64,000 nt of DNA from Octopus sinensis (GCF_006345805.1 NC_043003.1:42594001-42658000); one strand, 5' to 3'; numbered from the stretch's first letter, positions 38,491 to 53,950 are shown. Notes: generated from the sequence alone by a model not told the origin. Numbers and translations are program-made.

Positions 38491-39306
38491 ATCTCCACGC
38501 CAGCCCCCATAAATGACTCTAAAATAAGGATTTCTGATTTAGGCACAGAGTTACAAATTTTAAGCCAAGGAGTTAAACGATTTGGTCGATTCCTCACATT
38601 TCGACTGGAAGTCGATTTGCCATTTATCCTGAAGGCATAAAGGGCAAGTTTTGACCTCGGGAAGGTTTGAACTCTGAATGTTAAGAGCCAGAAAATATTT
38701 AGGAAGATATATTTCCGACATTATATCGATTCTAAGAGCTCGGCGCCTTGTGAGTTTAATATAATGAAATTTTAAATAGTTGTTAGAATAAATGAAAAGG
38801 TTGGACTTCTTTGATTTGTGTTGCAGTTGATGACGCCGAGCCTCTATTTACTAAGTAGCAAGAGAAGGCTCTACTTTGAAGTTAACTTATAATGTTCATT
38901 AACATCAAACGAGAGCTTCGAGAAAATTATTCGATGTACCCGACTACATCATCTGTCGAAAGTGTGAAATACTTTCAAATATTGTAACCAGGATTTTAAT
39001 TTTCATTATTTTAGATTTTTGCTAACATGACTTCTATAAAGTTAATCGCGCGAAAAATTGGCGTATCATGTTGCAATCCCTTTTATCAACATTGGATTAT
39101 AACTGCCACGATACATTACGAACTTAGGTGTGTATATTTGTTTGAAAGAACTATATGTGTGTGAATTTAAATATATATATATTTGCACACATCCACACAC
39201 ACGCATATATATCCGCACATACGCGCTCCTCCTAAGTATAAGCGGACGAAGCAGATGAGATGCGATATATACATATATACATACATACACACATACACAC
39301 ATACAC

Positions 39307-39337
<31 letters not shown>

Positions 39338-39768
39338 TATATAATATACATATACATATATATATATTAATTAATAATAATAATAATATTAGGGAGTAAA
39401 TCCAAACTTACAGGGAGAAATTAGATTTAGGATTAAATCTAATTTTATAGTATAAATATATATTTTATTAAATTAGAGATAAAATCACTATTAGGCAATT
39501 CAAACAGTGAAAATCATAAGCCAATAGATAGAAATAAAATTAATTAAAAAAAATATATAAAATATAAAAAATATAAAATTCCAAATTAAAATATTTAAAT
39601 TAAAGTTAAAATTTTTAAAATTATTTAAATAATTTAAACTTATAAATTTTAAATATATATATATATTATTTTATTTTATTTTAATTTATTTATTTATTTA
39701 TTGTGGTTTTGGTAGACGGAAGCTGAAAGAAGCTCGCCGTATGTGTGTGTGTGATATATATATATAAA

Positions 39769-39831
<63 letters not shown>

Positions 39832-39939
39832 GTATGTGTGTGTTTGTATCCCAGTCGCCGCTTAGCAGCCAGTGTCGGTGTGCTCATGTCCCTGTAACCT
39901 AGCGGTTCTACAAAGGAGCATGATAAAACCAGTAGAAGG

Positions 39940-40245
39940 GGGTAAAGACCCCCTTCGGTCATGAGTGACCATGGGTTTGCACCTAGAGAGTTACCCTCTG
40001 AGGCACAAGTCTGGGCAAGGTTGTTTTTATGGAAGACCAGTAGTCGCCCATGCATACCGGCCTCCCCTCTCCACGCCACCAGTGTTATCCAAGGGAAAGA
40101 CAAAGGTCGATACAGCTTGGCACCTGTGACGTCGCAACTCATTTCTACAGCTGAGTGAACTGGAGCACGTGAAATAAAGTGCTTGCTCAAGAACACAACG
40201 CACAGCCCGGTCCGGGATTCGAACTCACAACCTCACGATCGTAAG
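39940..40245 (-). mobile_element. SINE family A copy, cut by the assembly gap
   Basis: Close reverse-complement match to about 3665-3972. Confidence 0.88.
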
Positions 40246-40345
40246 NNNNNNNNNNNNNNNNNNNNNNNNNNNNNNNNNNNNNNNNNNNNNNNNNNNNNNN
40301 NNNNNNNNNNNNNNNNNNNNNNNNNNNNNNNNNNNNNNNNNNNNN
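40246..40345. other. Assembly gap (100 N)
   Basis: Run of N. Confidence 1.
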
Positions 40346-41080
40346 GGTCTCAGAACCTGTTCCTCTGTTTGTCTACCGAGAGAGTGGGAATTCAGGGTTA
40401 TCTGATGTGCCACACTTCACTAGGTTCGTGTTCGAAAGGATGAGATCATAAACAGATTTGATGATAAAACTAATTCTAAGATGAAAACCATATTCCACCA
40501 ATCGTTCCTCGCTGAGAAACTTCTAGACTGCAACTTCCCACGACGTCAACTGGTCCTGTTGGCTCTACTGTACTATCTTCCGGATTCTCATAGTATTTTC
40601 TTCTATTTCAACACCATGTAAAATCAAACCTCTCCTTATATTTTCCCTGGCCTCTGCCCACCGTTCTACTTTTGTTACACCCACTTTCTTCGTCTTGGTC
40701 TAAGCATACTAAATTTTCATTTTTTTGCCTGTCTCAGCTTGGACCACATCGTTCTCACGGTCTTGACTTCTGAGTATTCGAGCATTGTCTTCAACTTTCT
40801 ATCCTTCAACGATGGATTTAAAGGTTACTTCACATTGGCCTGGCGAGTGTACTTACTGATTTTGGCCTTCAAGTCCCCTTCTGTACAAGTGCTGGTATCG
40901 TAAATCAACAGTGACCAGAGAAACTTTGGAATTTACATGAACTACAGAAATGCCACAGCGATCTTTGGCCTGACGATCCTTTTCCACCATTTGCTTGGGA
41001 TACTAGCTCTCCGTCCATTGCTTCTGATCAAAAATCTTCCAAAATATCCTATGAAATGCAAGTGTTCGAGTATGTTAGAT
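40346..41080 (-). mobile_element. HERO-like (RLE clade) non-LTR retrotransposon fragment
   Basis: The minus strand gives KIVQ*SQQDQLTSWE and RISFIIKSVYDLILSNTNLVKCG, matching recalled post-RT motifs (QQGxWTxWE; RxSFLIRSxYDxLP) of HERO-type elements. Confidence 0.6.
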
Positions 41081-42019
41081 TCTACAGTCCTAATATCAAA
41101 TGAATTTATTAAGTTCTGTTATGAACTATCGGTTTAGCTAATTTTAATCAGGTATATTTTTGTGATGCAGCGTTGTGTATATGCGATGTATTTTCGGCAG
41201 TAAAAAGCGTAGTGTCCTATGGTATTTAACCATTTATGCATTAAAGTATTATTGTTGAAGAACCTACATTATTTCTTATATTTATCATGATGTGTACAGA
41301 TACATATACAGATGGACTGCTAAGTTACGGGGAGGTAAACATACTAACACAGTTTGTTAAGTGGTGGCGAGGGAGAAATGCAGACACAAAAACATGCAGA
41401 CCCCCCCCCCCAGATACACATGCATATAGGAGAGGCTTTTTTTCAGTCTCCGACTACCAAATCCTCTCTTAAGCTTTTGGTCGACCCGGGGCTATAGTAC
41501 AGGACACTTACTCAAGGTATCACGCAGTGAAACAGAACCCAGAGCCTTGAGGCTGGGAAGCATTCTTGTTACCACATACTCGTCGTAAATGAGGAGCTGT
41601 TCTACTGTGACAAACACAACAGCGATTAGTATATTCATGCTCGAATCTGTCGGAATATATTTAGAATTAATACGAAGCAATAGTTTTGAATCCTACTGCT
41701 CACCGCGCATATAATGATTATTATCGGTCAGTTGGTGTCAGCATGGATCATCGAACAATTTGTTTAATGAAATCATAAACAGCACCATCGGATATTGTTG
41801 TATTCGTTGATCCAGGTCTTTCTGACTGACGAAACAAAATTTCGAATTACCGATGACTCAGAGACTCTTGTACAAATTGAATCTTGTATAAATATGAGTA
41901 TCAAGAACACAACAGGGATTAGCAAATACGTGTTCCTATCTGCCGAAGCGTATTAAGAACAAATATAGTAGTCAGCCGATATATATATATGTGTGAGTGT
42001 GTGTGTGTGTATGTATGTA

Positions 42020-42051
<32 letters not shown>

Positions 42052-44075
42052 AACGTGTGTGTATTGTGTATGTGTGTGTACGTGTGTGTATGCGTGTGTG
42101 TGTATTTGTGTGCATGTATCAGTCTATTGTTTCGTTGCTATATATCAACCTACACACTCAATGATAGTGAGTAGGCTAAACATTTTTACTGTCACCATAG
42201 CAATGATATACCATTACATGTTTTTCCTCATTCTTTCAACAATTCCAACGACCATATGGTTTATTTATCTATGTAATTAGCTTTTGGGATGTTTCAATGT
42301 GCGAGCGTGCGAGCGTGTGTGCGTGTGAGCGCGAGGGTGTATGTGTATGTCTATCTGTTTATCGTGGCTAGCTGTCTGAATTTATGTGTATACGCATGTT
42401 GATGCATGTTCGTGTTACTGTGCGTACGTGCATACGCGTGCGCGCGTCTGTGTGTATGCATGTGAGAGAGAGTTTGAGTTCTGTATTCATACGGCATTCT
42501 CTCTCACTAATACTATCCTTATCTACACTACGTCTGTGTAACTTTTTTGCTCGTGTAAGCATGTTACTGTGTTTGTATGAGAATTTCTGTTGTGTGTTTG
42601 TGTTTGTGTGTGTATGAGTGTCTGTGTGCGTGGGTTCTTGCGTGCATAATATCATGTGCTTTGTTGGCTTTCCTCTTCCTTTAGGCAATCCCTACCAAAA
42701 AAACCATAAGCAATTCATTTTTTAAATCTGAAACATGATGTTAAGCAAAAGATGAATGACGCAATAAAAAAATACTGAATTAATTAAAGTTTGCCACTAT
42801 TTTTGAGAAACAAAACGAAAACAATACCTAAGTACGCCATTGGTCACTTGTAATTGGGGTATCTGAAACCCAGGAGTGTACAGGATTAAACACAAACTGC
42901 AACTCAAAATGTAACAGCAGGGTGATATTTAGCAAGAGGTGGATGCAAGAGGGATAACAAGAGGTGGTTGCAGCCTGTCCCTTTCGGCATGTAACGAGTT
43001 AAGAACACCATCATTTGCGCAAGTGAGGATTCTTCTTTGAAGATCTTTTCAAGTTTTTCTAGACTTTCTTACTACTATCCTATGTTTGCATGTATGTATG
43101 TACGTAACTATATATGTTTATATGTATGTATGCATATATTTACTGTTCCACTCACCGATAAAATTATGGATACATACATACATATAAACATACATACATG
43201 CATACAAACATAGGATAGTAATGTATGTATGCATGTATGTATGTACGTATGTATGTATGTATGTATGTATGTATTCATGCCTACATACATACATGCATAC
43301 ATACATACATACATACATACATACATACATACATACATACATACATACATGCATACATACATACATACATACATACATACATACATACATACATGCATAA
43401 ATATTTCGATGCTCCACTAGACTTTCCGTTGAAGAGCGGTTGAATTCCCACGAGAATCAACTGCCGCAGCTCATACCTTCAGTTCTTGATTTGAACATGA
43501 TGAATGTGCAGAACCTCATTGCCCTTCGACATTTTTTTCCGAATACTGGAACGGGAATACGAAAAACATAAATACAGACGGCCGCCTCTTCAACACACCT
43601 CTGCTGCTGATTCAGCCGGCCCTCCTTCCGATGTCGCTGCACAACCTATAGTACGCGTATATGCAAAACAGGAAGAGAAGCAAAGTCAGGGAGTAGGGAA
43701 ACGAATTTTTTTTTAAAAGGAGGAGAAACTAGCGAGAGAGAAGTGGAGGTGAGAGGTGAGTTGAAGGATATTTCTCTTTATCTCAAGTTTATACTATTTT
43801 CGTTCCCTCTTCCATTAAGCTTTTCTCTCGTACTATTCCCAGTCCGCGCATGCACACGTACGATGTTTTGAGTCCCTAATCAGCTGTATCTCACCGCGCA
43901 AACATACAGGAGGATATAGAGTGGTCACGTTCCTTTCCCTTTTTGCTATCATAATCTCGAAGAAGGATTCTGTTTGAAACATTAGATGTCCACTCCCCAT
44001 GGCAATTTCATTTTTTGTTCCAATTTTTCAAAGAATACGAGTCTTAACAAAGCAGACAACTTCTCTTTCGTTTTA

Positions 44076-44118
<43 letters not shown>

Positions 44119-45039
44119 AATATATATATATATATATAAACAATATACATATATATATATATATATATTACTATATATATAATATATATATATTATATAT
44201 ATATATGTATGTATATAGAGAGAAAAAACACACACGGGCCCCATACCACACACACCAAACACACACACGTAGTGTAGATGTGTATGTGCATGCGTCTGGT
44301 GTCTGTGTACGTTTGTGTGCGCGTGATACACATAACAAAGGCAGGATATCATAGGCCTATTTAAGCATAGTTTCTTTGTAATATCTGCAGAAAGATAACA
44401 CATAATTTTGGTAAACAGTAAACGAAAATCAAAGAAGGCAAATAAAAAATATCATTCCAAAGATAGGATGAAAACAAACCGGAAAGAAAAACCTAGAGTA
44501 TTTAGAAGAAAAATAACCAACAAAAATGACAAAGTGGTCTCAGAAGGAACAATACATTAAATGAAGTATAAAAAGATAAAAGAATAAATAATGTTTGTCT
44601 GAATATTACAAAATAATAAATAAATAAATAAATAAATAATAACTAAATAAATAAGAATCTACAAAATAGCATAGTAACTTAATAATTAACGAAGAAAAAA
44701 ATACAGATTGAATAAACTGTTTAAGAAAGATAAATGAAAGACAAAACTAAAAATTAAAATTAAATGTTAAAATTAGTTTCGTATGAAGATTTTTATGAGT
44801 CTAATTAACTTGAAGGTTTTGCATGGCTGAGCAGTTAGTTATATTGAGATTGTGCGAAGAGAATCACCTGAGGAATACGAATCACTCCAGCTTCGTATAA
44901 TTTATGAAGAAGCGAACAATGGCTTGACAGAGACACACACATACAGTGTCTTTCACATTTTCTTGTCATTATATTCCCTGTCACTGTATTGTTTTTCTCT
45001 TTTGCTTTCCCGAAACCAAATCGTTGAAAGAAATAGAGT

Positions 45040-45100
<61 letters not shown>

Positions 45101-45915
45101 GAGAGAGAGAGAGAGAGGAGTGCTTGTGTGTGTATTTCTACATCCAAATGTGTTTCTGGGATATATTCATAAAGGGATAGAAGGGCAAATTGAAAGGTAA
45201 GTGAAAGAACACTTATATATTATATTTACACAGAGAAACCAGTGGAGTGTTTTGGAGAAGATAGAAAAAACGAGGTGAGAGGCAGACAAAGAAAGGGAGA
45301 GAGAAAGTGAGACAGAGAGAGAAAGAGAAAGAGAGAGATGGAGAGAAATAGAAATAGAGATAGGAAGAAACCATCAGAGAGACAAAGAGACAGGATAGCA
45401 AGCAATGATGTATCGTGGTAGAGACAAATATGAAATAATGATATACGTAAATAGACATAAAAGAGAGAAGTTTAAGTAGACAAGAATTATATATAAAATA
45501 TACAGGGAAACTAAGAGAAGATGAGAGAGAGGGAGATAATGAAAAAGAGAGTGTGTGTGTGTTTGTATGTGTGCGCCTGTGCGCGTGTGTATGTGTGTGT
45601 AAATGATTAAGGACAGACGGAGAGAAGAAATGAATGTGCAGCATCAAAGAAATACTAATTACTTGAAGAGCAAATTAAGAGTGAATTTAAATGAATTCTT
45701 TTTTTTTATTGAAACTCGAGTTTTCAGGCGTTAGTGGTCGACATATGCAACGATCACTGTGGCGTGAAACTCGGATTGCGAGCAGTTGTGAACTAAGTTT
45801 GAAGAATCTTATATTGAGTACTCGCTCCCTCATTCCTCAAGAAAAGTAGTTTTGTGTGTGTGTGGTGTGTGTGTGTATCTATACACACTCACACAACATA
45901 TATGCATATGTATAT

Positions 45916-45949
<34 letters not shown>

Positions 45950-46204
45950 ATTCCTTTATTCTTTTACTTGTTTTAGTCATTGGACTGTGGCCATGCTGGA
46001 GCACCGCCTTTAGTCGAGAAATCAATCGATCTCTTTTTGCTGAACCGCTAAGTTACGGGTTCGTAAACCGAGCAGCATCGGTTGTCAAGCGAAGTTGGGC
46101 GCACAAGAAGAGACACCCAAACATATACGCGCGCATACATACAAATATTTCAGAGTGTTTGTGTGTCGATCTGACGACAGTGCGATTTAACGACATGTAA
46201 CGAG

Positions 46205-46797
46205 AGTGATAAAATCCAAACATCCAGTCAGCATCATAGTGTTTGGAGTGATCACTAGTGATGGTGACGTTATGCCTCCATTCATCTCCCCACACGGCCT
46301 TAGATACAACCCTAAATTATGTGTCTGGAGGAGGTAGTGTTGCCCTAGAGCAAGAGGGTAGCTGCTGAGGGTACGGCAATAGGACTCTGCACCATGAAAG
46401 ACGAGCAGGAGAACCCAGTCATGGGTGTCAGACAATTTCTACGACCACATCACCCCAAAAATCTGGCCTGCTAACTTCCCTGACAGCTACCCTTTTGATT
46501 ATTAAGTGTGGGGGACAGGCAAACAAAACTACTTGTAACACCAAAGATGAACTGAAGGCAACGATTATGGCAGCATTCACCAACTTAAACAAAGAGACTG
46601 TCCAGAAGAATTGTAGGAGATTCCGAAGTTGTCTGGAGGCCGTGGTTGAAGCCAATGTCGATTTTATTGAATAAATTTACATTTTAATATTTTAAGATAT
46701 TTTTATGTAAGTTTGGTAAATATATCTGTTAAAATGGGATGCAGGTGCGACTTTCAGTTTCGCGTAATTTAGACGATAGTTTATTCACCACACCCTG
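46205..46797 (+). mobile_element. DD37D (maT-type) Tc1/mariner transposon, 3' half
   Basis: KHPVSIIVFGVITSDGDVMPPF; D(SAP)...37 residues...D(Y*VWG); RSCLEAVVEAN; ends CACCCTG followed by TA. Confidence 0.87.
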
Positions 46798-47589
46798 TAT
46801 TTAATATATTTTGTGTGTGTGTGTGTGTGTGTATAACTATAAAGAGAGAGAGAGAGGGAGAAAGAGAGAGAGAAAGAAAGCGAGAGGGAGAAGGAGAGAA
46901 AGAAAGAGAGAGACAGTGGAGATGTTATAAAGATATAAATGTAGATATGGAGCTTAATTCCTAGAGATAAAGAAACAAATAGATTGATCGGTTCGGAGTA
47001 ATGAGCTAAAGCCTGTGAATCATTGGAGAGAAAAAGAGGGAAAGAAGGAGGAAAAGAGAGGAAGAGAGAGGGAGAAGGAGGGAGGCGGAATGAACGCGAA
47101 TGCGACAGAGAGACTCGAAAACAGAATGGAAAGAAGCAATATGTAATAGATAGAAAGGGTAATGGAGGCAGATGGGGATTTTCAGAGAATAGAGTGAAGA
47201 AACAAAAAATAATTCGATGACACAATGGTGTCTCTGCAGTTAATTCATGCATGGAGAATTTAAAGAGAATTAGGAACTGTTGTGGTCAAGCTTCGTTTGA
47301 TATATACAATAGTAAATAATGGGTCTTAAAGGAAGTATATATCAATGCCTATCTATTTGCATCATACTATACTAATTAATTAATTGTACTTGTATAATTG
47401 TATATATGTGTGTGTGTTTATGCGTGTGTTTTGTGCGTGTGTGTGTGTATGTATATATGCATATATGTATAGTTATATAGATATATATATATATATTATA
47501 TATATTATTATATATATATCTTTACACACAAACACAGGCATATATATATAGGTAAATATATATATATTATAATATAATACACACACACA

Positions 47590-47776
47590 TATGAGGGGTG
47601 CTGAAATATTCCTGGGTTTAATGGTATCCTGAACGACATAGTTGGAGCCCTAACCTTTAGAGTTTTTTTTTTTTTTGAAGGGCTTAGAAAAACTGAAGGA
47701 CTCCTGCAAAAAGTGTGTTAATCTGAGAGGGCAATGTGATGAATATTCATTTACCCAAAACCAGCACCCCTTCGTA
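47590..47776. mobile_element. Mariner-derived MITE (same family as 10894-11110)
   Basis: Termini ATGAGGGGTGCTGAAATATTC and CAGCACCCCTTCGTA; shared internal GTGTG..AATCTGAGAGGG. Confidence 0.65.
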
Positions 47777-48145
47777 TACACATACACGTACATATTTATA
47801 TACATTTATACATACATACAAACATAGTCTGACATTTTCTGTCTTGTGACAGAAAGTGTCAGACTTGTATGCTTGTATATTTTCCTTCATTCTTGTATTA
47901 TTTTATGTATTTCAACATAAACACTGCGGCTCTGATGGGGCACTGTCAGTATCCTCAACTTTTCAATGGCTATCCTGTTTACTTGGCTTTTGGCTTATAA
48001 GGGAGATTGAATCTGCTGCCCTCGTCTGTGTTTCATGCGGATTTGTAGGTTCACATGGTATTTTGAAAAACAGAAAGTTAAGGCGCTTCTAGAAAATGTC
48101 TACTCCCTACACCCAGTAGATCTCTTATGTTCTTTGGTTAGCTAT

Positions 48146-48180
<35 letters not shown>

Positions 48181-48330
48181 ATATATATATATATTATATA
48201 ATATTATATATATATTAGAAGAAATGAGGTAATCAGAAGATCGGATGGTTTGTATTTACAGATATTTATTTTATATTACATTTTTTACATATATATAATA
48301 TCACTTAGTTCATTAGCGCTTTCTCCCATA

Positions 48331-48383
<53 letters not shown>

Positions 48384-48464
48384 ATATATATATGCATATG
48401 TGGGCACAGGATGTCACGCAACGTGTACAACAAAAAATTACGAAGCACAACTGCATAAACTATT

Positions 48465-48580
48465 CTTTCGAACAACGAAAGACACAAATAGAAAACAAAC
48501 GAACAACGTAAAGAACGACCCTTCATCAGTTGTTGGCTGTTTTCTAGTCCCGTATTTCGAGAATTTAACAACAATATATA
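48465..48580 (-). repeat. Unclassified interspersed repeat (second copy 63728-63845, plus strand)
   Basis: Shared TATATTGTTGTTAAAT..TCGAAATACG...AACAGCCAACAACTGATGAAGGGTCGTTCTTTA...GTTGTTCGAAAGA. Confidence 0.75.
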
Positions 48581-51419
48581 TCACTGTCTTCTAGTTTCCA
48601 TCTACGAAATCTACTCACAAGCCTTATATATGGACACACACACGCACCTCTTCCTCACACACACTCACATATATATATACATGTATGTATGTATGTGTGT
48701 TTGTATCTGTGCTTGTCCCTCCTCGTGATAACCGGTGTTGATATGTTTACGTTCCAGTCATCTAGTTGTTCGGCAAAAAAAAACCCCAAAACAATAGGAT
48801 AAATACGAATTTCAAAGAAATACTGTGGGCGATTCATTCGTTTAAAATTCTTCAACGCAGTACCCTAGCATTGCTGCGGTCGCTATTGACATTGGCAATA
48901 AACCACGGTGAAATTTGAACTCAGAATGATGAGAAAAACTGAATACATGCATGAAGGGTGGGGTGTAATGCCTGCCTGTCAGGATACAGTTGTAGTGACA
49001 CAAGAAACGGAATTAACAAGTATATTAAGGGAAACAGAACATAATATATACATGACGTGTACAAGAGTGACAGTGGTTGTTACAGTAGCATTGAAAGACA
49101 AGAAGAATATATACAATGGGGAAGTAGATTATCTCTTAATGCCTGGCTCAATATAGGGAGGGTATTCTGTATATACAACGTATTGTTTTTTTTTAACGTT
49201 TATGCTTGTGTTTATGTTTTTGTATACATCTATTATACTTCCGTGTGCGCTTATGTATGTATATGTTTATAAGTGATGTTATGTATATATTGTATGTTGT
49301 ATGCATCAACATATATATTAGAGAAAAGCTGTTTTGTAAGCTGAACATGGGTTTTGTAAAAAACTAAAAAAAAAATGGAAAAGAAATGCTGTTTTCGAGT
49401 TATAAAGTATTCTCTTGCGGCCGTCAAACGGAAGTCTACGTTTTGAAATGTCATGCTGACTTGGCTATGTTAAACCTATGCCTGCCCTGCACAATTTCTT
49501 CGTTGTTTATTTGACTTCGCTTGTTTTAGTTGTCATTATTTTGTCAATTGATATTCGCCACACCAGCTTCAGTTACTCATAGACTGCAACACAGATAGTC
49601 TTGCTGTCATCACAAAGTTTATTTCTACAGAAGTAGTTCCCAGTAGTAGCAATAGTAGTGGTAGTAGTAGTTTTTGGTTTTGTTTATTTCTCAGGTCAGC
49701 CCTGATCGAGCATACCTCTGATCAAAAGCATTCCAACAGAGATGACCTTTGTTTTAAGTATATATTTTCTTAAGACAATACTAGTGTGTTATTTGAGGGA
49801 TTTTATTTTGGTTGCTATTACCAGCAGGTACAAGTAGGCAAAACTCATGCAATTGCATAGAAGCTTCCAATTTGCATTTTTTCTTTTTTCTAGTTATATC
49901 CAGAAAGAGTATTCATTTGCATCATTTCAACTAACTCCCGCTCACGACGCAATCAAGGAAAACCAATTTATTCGGCACGTAGAGAAAGAAGTCTGGTAAA
50001 ACATTTTGCCGAATGAACTCCAACCAGCGGTGTAGTCTTTCCACAAGGCAATGAAAGAACCTCCATATGCTGATTCTAACCATCTGAGGCCCTTCCATTG
50101 CAAACCAAAAAGGCTATTTGTATTGGATGTTTATTTATTTCTAATTTAAGCACAAGAGCAACAATTTTGAGGGTCGGTACTAGCAATTAACAGGTGTTTT
50201 CTATATTAACGAGTCTGAAATTTTGAAAAGCAAAGTTGATTCTGCGAAATTTCAGCATAGAATTAAAGTCGGCGCAATTACTGCGAAAGATTCTGTATGA
50301 TACTTTCACGATTCTACCTATAAAGGCAAAATACCAGCCTTTTGAGGTGAGGGGTTATCAATACTATCGATTCCAATGTTAGACATGTACATTATTATAT
50401 TACAGACAAAAGAGATATAACAAGTAAAGTTAAACTCAATGGAAACTGACTTCAAATTGTAAAGAACCCCAACAATTATCGCAAAGCGTACGATTATATG
50501 CATTATAGTAGAGTCTCATTTCATTATATTTGTGGTCGAAAACTTTCTAGGATTCAGTACAGTAGAGTCAATCGAATATTTTGCGCACGTAAGCATGCAA
50601 AATAACGGAAACACTTAATTAGAATGAATTTTTATTATCTAATACATATTTGCTACATCTATGGATTGAACCACAGTTTTAATAATTCCGAACAGTTGTT
50701 AAGGGAATTTTGAGCCACTCTTCGAGTAAAACCTACTTTAGCTCTTTCAGCAACGATAGCGAAGTGAAGAAGGTCCTTTACTTGGTATTCCAAAATGCAT
50801 CATAAATGTTTGATTTTATTGAAACCCAGTAACTGTGGGGTGAATCCAGTTGATCTATTCAGTTTTGTGATATTCGTACTAATTCTAAATAACACTTGAC
50901 GTGAGAAAATTGTGTTCTCATCACAAAACAATGTGTGTACTATAAAATGTACATGATCAGCTGTCAGCCAAAATAATCAGAAAATGTTTAGCGTTAAATC
51001 TGCCACGTGGAACAACAAAATGGCCAAGAGAATTCCATGAAAAGGCTGCCCTAATCACCACTTTCATACTTAACAATAAAGAGCAATCATTGTTTCTTTG
51101 GGCAGGATGCAGGCATTAACTAGCCTCGAATTGGGTTAAAGTCTGAACAATAATTCATTAGAGATTATCATATTTTCCCACTGAGTTACTGACCACATCT
51201 GATAGTCAAGACGCAATTTTCTCCACTTATCAATGTTAATGGAGTTCAGGACTGGATTAGCAATTGAAGCTTATTCATGGTATCGAGCTTTATAAAACTC
51301 GCAGCGAACGGTTTTATTTGACACAAGACTAGCAAGGTAGTAGTTTAGCTCTGCTGTCACAGTTGCTGCTATATCAGGGCTTTAAGACACAATACATTTG
51401 ACTATTTTCAATCCTACTC

Positions 51420-51640
51420 TATGAGCTTTGCCTTCCGTCCACAATTATGTTTGCCAGAGCTGGTTTTATCCTGGATCTGGAATGCCAACATGATTTTAGA
51501 AACGGTACCTCACAAAACGTCCACAATCAGCAGTTTCAAACCAGAGTTCCATTTGCGTTCCAACAATTTGACCCCCTTGGAAATCAGAAAGGCCAGTCAT
51601 ATTAGCTTCATTACATATAAATATCTGCAAAGATAGACAA
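51420..51640 (-). mobile_element. Tc1 transposase N-terminal fragment related to the element at 284
   Basis: Minus strand MTGLSDFQGGQIVG...GTVSKIMLAF...KTSSGKHNCGRKAKL. Confidence 0.75.
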
Positions 51641-51789
51641 ATGAAATGATTCATGAAGAAGTACAAGACATATGGATATATACATATATGTAACGGGAAG
51701 CTTTATGAAAATAAACAAAAGACGAAGGCAGGTGGAATACAAACAAACAATTGTATTAGTATGGCGCTCAGGAATATAAATAAAACAAG

Positions 51790-51827
51790 TCTTTTACGTT
51801 TCGAGCCTACGCTCTTCAACAGAAAGA
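51790..51827 (-). ncRNA. Minimal hammerhead-like motif, CUGUUGA variant
   Basis: Minus strand TCTTT-CTGTTGA-A-GAGC-GTAG-GCTC-GAAA-CGT-A-AAAGA; palindromic ACGT stem III, triplet GUA. Confidence 0.55.
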
Positions 51828-51910
51828 TACACAGAAAAGAAACACGGAGAGAATCAAGGAGGGGAAAAATGCGTGCAGAAGCTAGCGAATCAACATGATA
51901 TATATATATA

Positions 51911-52003
<93 letters not shown>

Positions 52004-52285
52004 AAAATTCTATAATTATGAGTATAATTATAATTAGGGTTCAGCAAAATTGCTTCACCACATACAGAAATATAGAAATACCAGTTAAACTACTATTTCA
52101 CTGCCATAAGAAAATCTCCCAGACACACACACACACGCACGCATACACGCACATACACAAACACAGACCAGGACAATTTGAGTTTGTCACATTGCCAATA
52201 GCAAAAATTGTTAAACAGAAAGTGTTACTTCCATTTTGTCCAAAACTTGTGTCTGTGTATACACACACACATACACACACACACG

Positions 52286-52351
<66 letters not shown>

Positions 52352-52982
52352 TGAATCCACGCGCACACCTACACTCACAAAGACATACAGACACACACAC
52401 ATACTCACCCACACAAAATACACACATGCATGCACATATATCAACAATGTGTAACGTTACTACTAACAAAAAAATAGATTCGGCCACATTAAAGACGTTA
52501 ATTCCATCCTCCTCCTCATCATTATCATTGTCATACAACCACCACTTCTACCTTCACCGCCGAAACCACGAACACCAAGCACAGCAACAACAACAATAAC
52601 AACAGCCACAAAAACAGTGGCAGTAGGAACGGTAACAACAGCAGTAGTAGTAGAGATTGCGAAATAGTTCTTAAAGAACATGACAATAAAACTGCATTAT
52701 AAGCACATGAATATAATAGACGATGTGAATATGATTCTCTCTCTTTTTCTCACCCATTCTTCCTCTCTCTCTCCCTCTCTCCCCTTCTTTCTGTCTCCTC
52801 TGTGTTTCGTCAGAAGCCTGTCAAAATTAACAAATACACACGTATATTATATATATATATATACAACACACATACACACACATACATACATACATGCATA
52901 AATATATATGTATATATATAAATATATATATATATGTATATATATGTATATATATGTATGTATGTGTGTATGTGTGTATGTA

Positions 52983-53017
<35 letters not shown>

Positions 53018-53047
53018 GTATGTTTCCGTATGTATGTACGTGTGTAA

Positions 53048-53114
<67 letters not shown>

Positions 53115-53715
53115 GTGTGTGTATGTGTGTATGTGTGTGTGTGTGTATGTGTGTATGTGTGTGTGTGTGTATGTGTGTGTGTATGTGTGTGTGTGTGTAT
53201 GTGTGTGTGTATGTGTGTGTTTGTGTGTTTGTATCAATAAAAAAAAAATTTTGTACAAAAATTATTCAAAATCGCTAAAAGAAATATTTGAATAAATAGA
53301 TGAGGTACGGAAGTCTGTTGAATAAAGAATCTTTCCAACTAGAAGTAATTTTAATGAAATACTTGTTATATTTTTGTTTTCATCCTCTCCTTAGTTCTCA
53401 TCTCTTTTCTTGTCTTCCGTTCTTTTCGTTTTATTTGTTTTTGTTGCCAAGAAATAAAAGAAAGAATGATTTTTTATTTATTTTTGGTTTCCTTTCGTTC
53501 TCTTTATGATTTTGTTTTTAAATTTTTGTTTTTTGTTGTTGTTTGTTTTGCTTATTTGTTTATTTATAACAACTCTTTTGGAATAGCACTCATTAGAACC
53601 GGTGTGTTAAAAAGAAAAGAAAGCAAAAAAATTGAATCTCAGTTTGTTGAGCCCGGAGATAGTTTGTGTCTTGCGACAGTAAATCTATTCATAATGGGTA
53701 GCCATTATTGTTTAC

Positions 53716-53794
<79 letters not shown>

Positions 53795-53867
53795 GTCGTT
53801 GTCGTCATCATCATCATCATTATTATGATCATCCTCTTCATCCTCATTACTATTATTATTGTTGTTA

Positions 53868-53950
<83 letters not shown>

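Noticed and set aside
49890-50130. Trp-rich minus-strand frame and plus-strand acceptor
   Set aside because: Bounded by stops or lacking a recognisable product; chance open frames of this length are expected.
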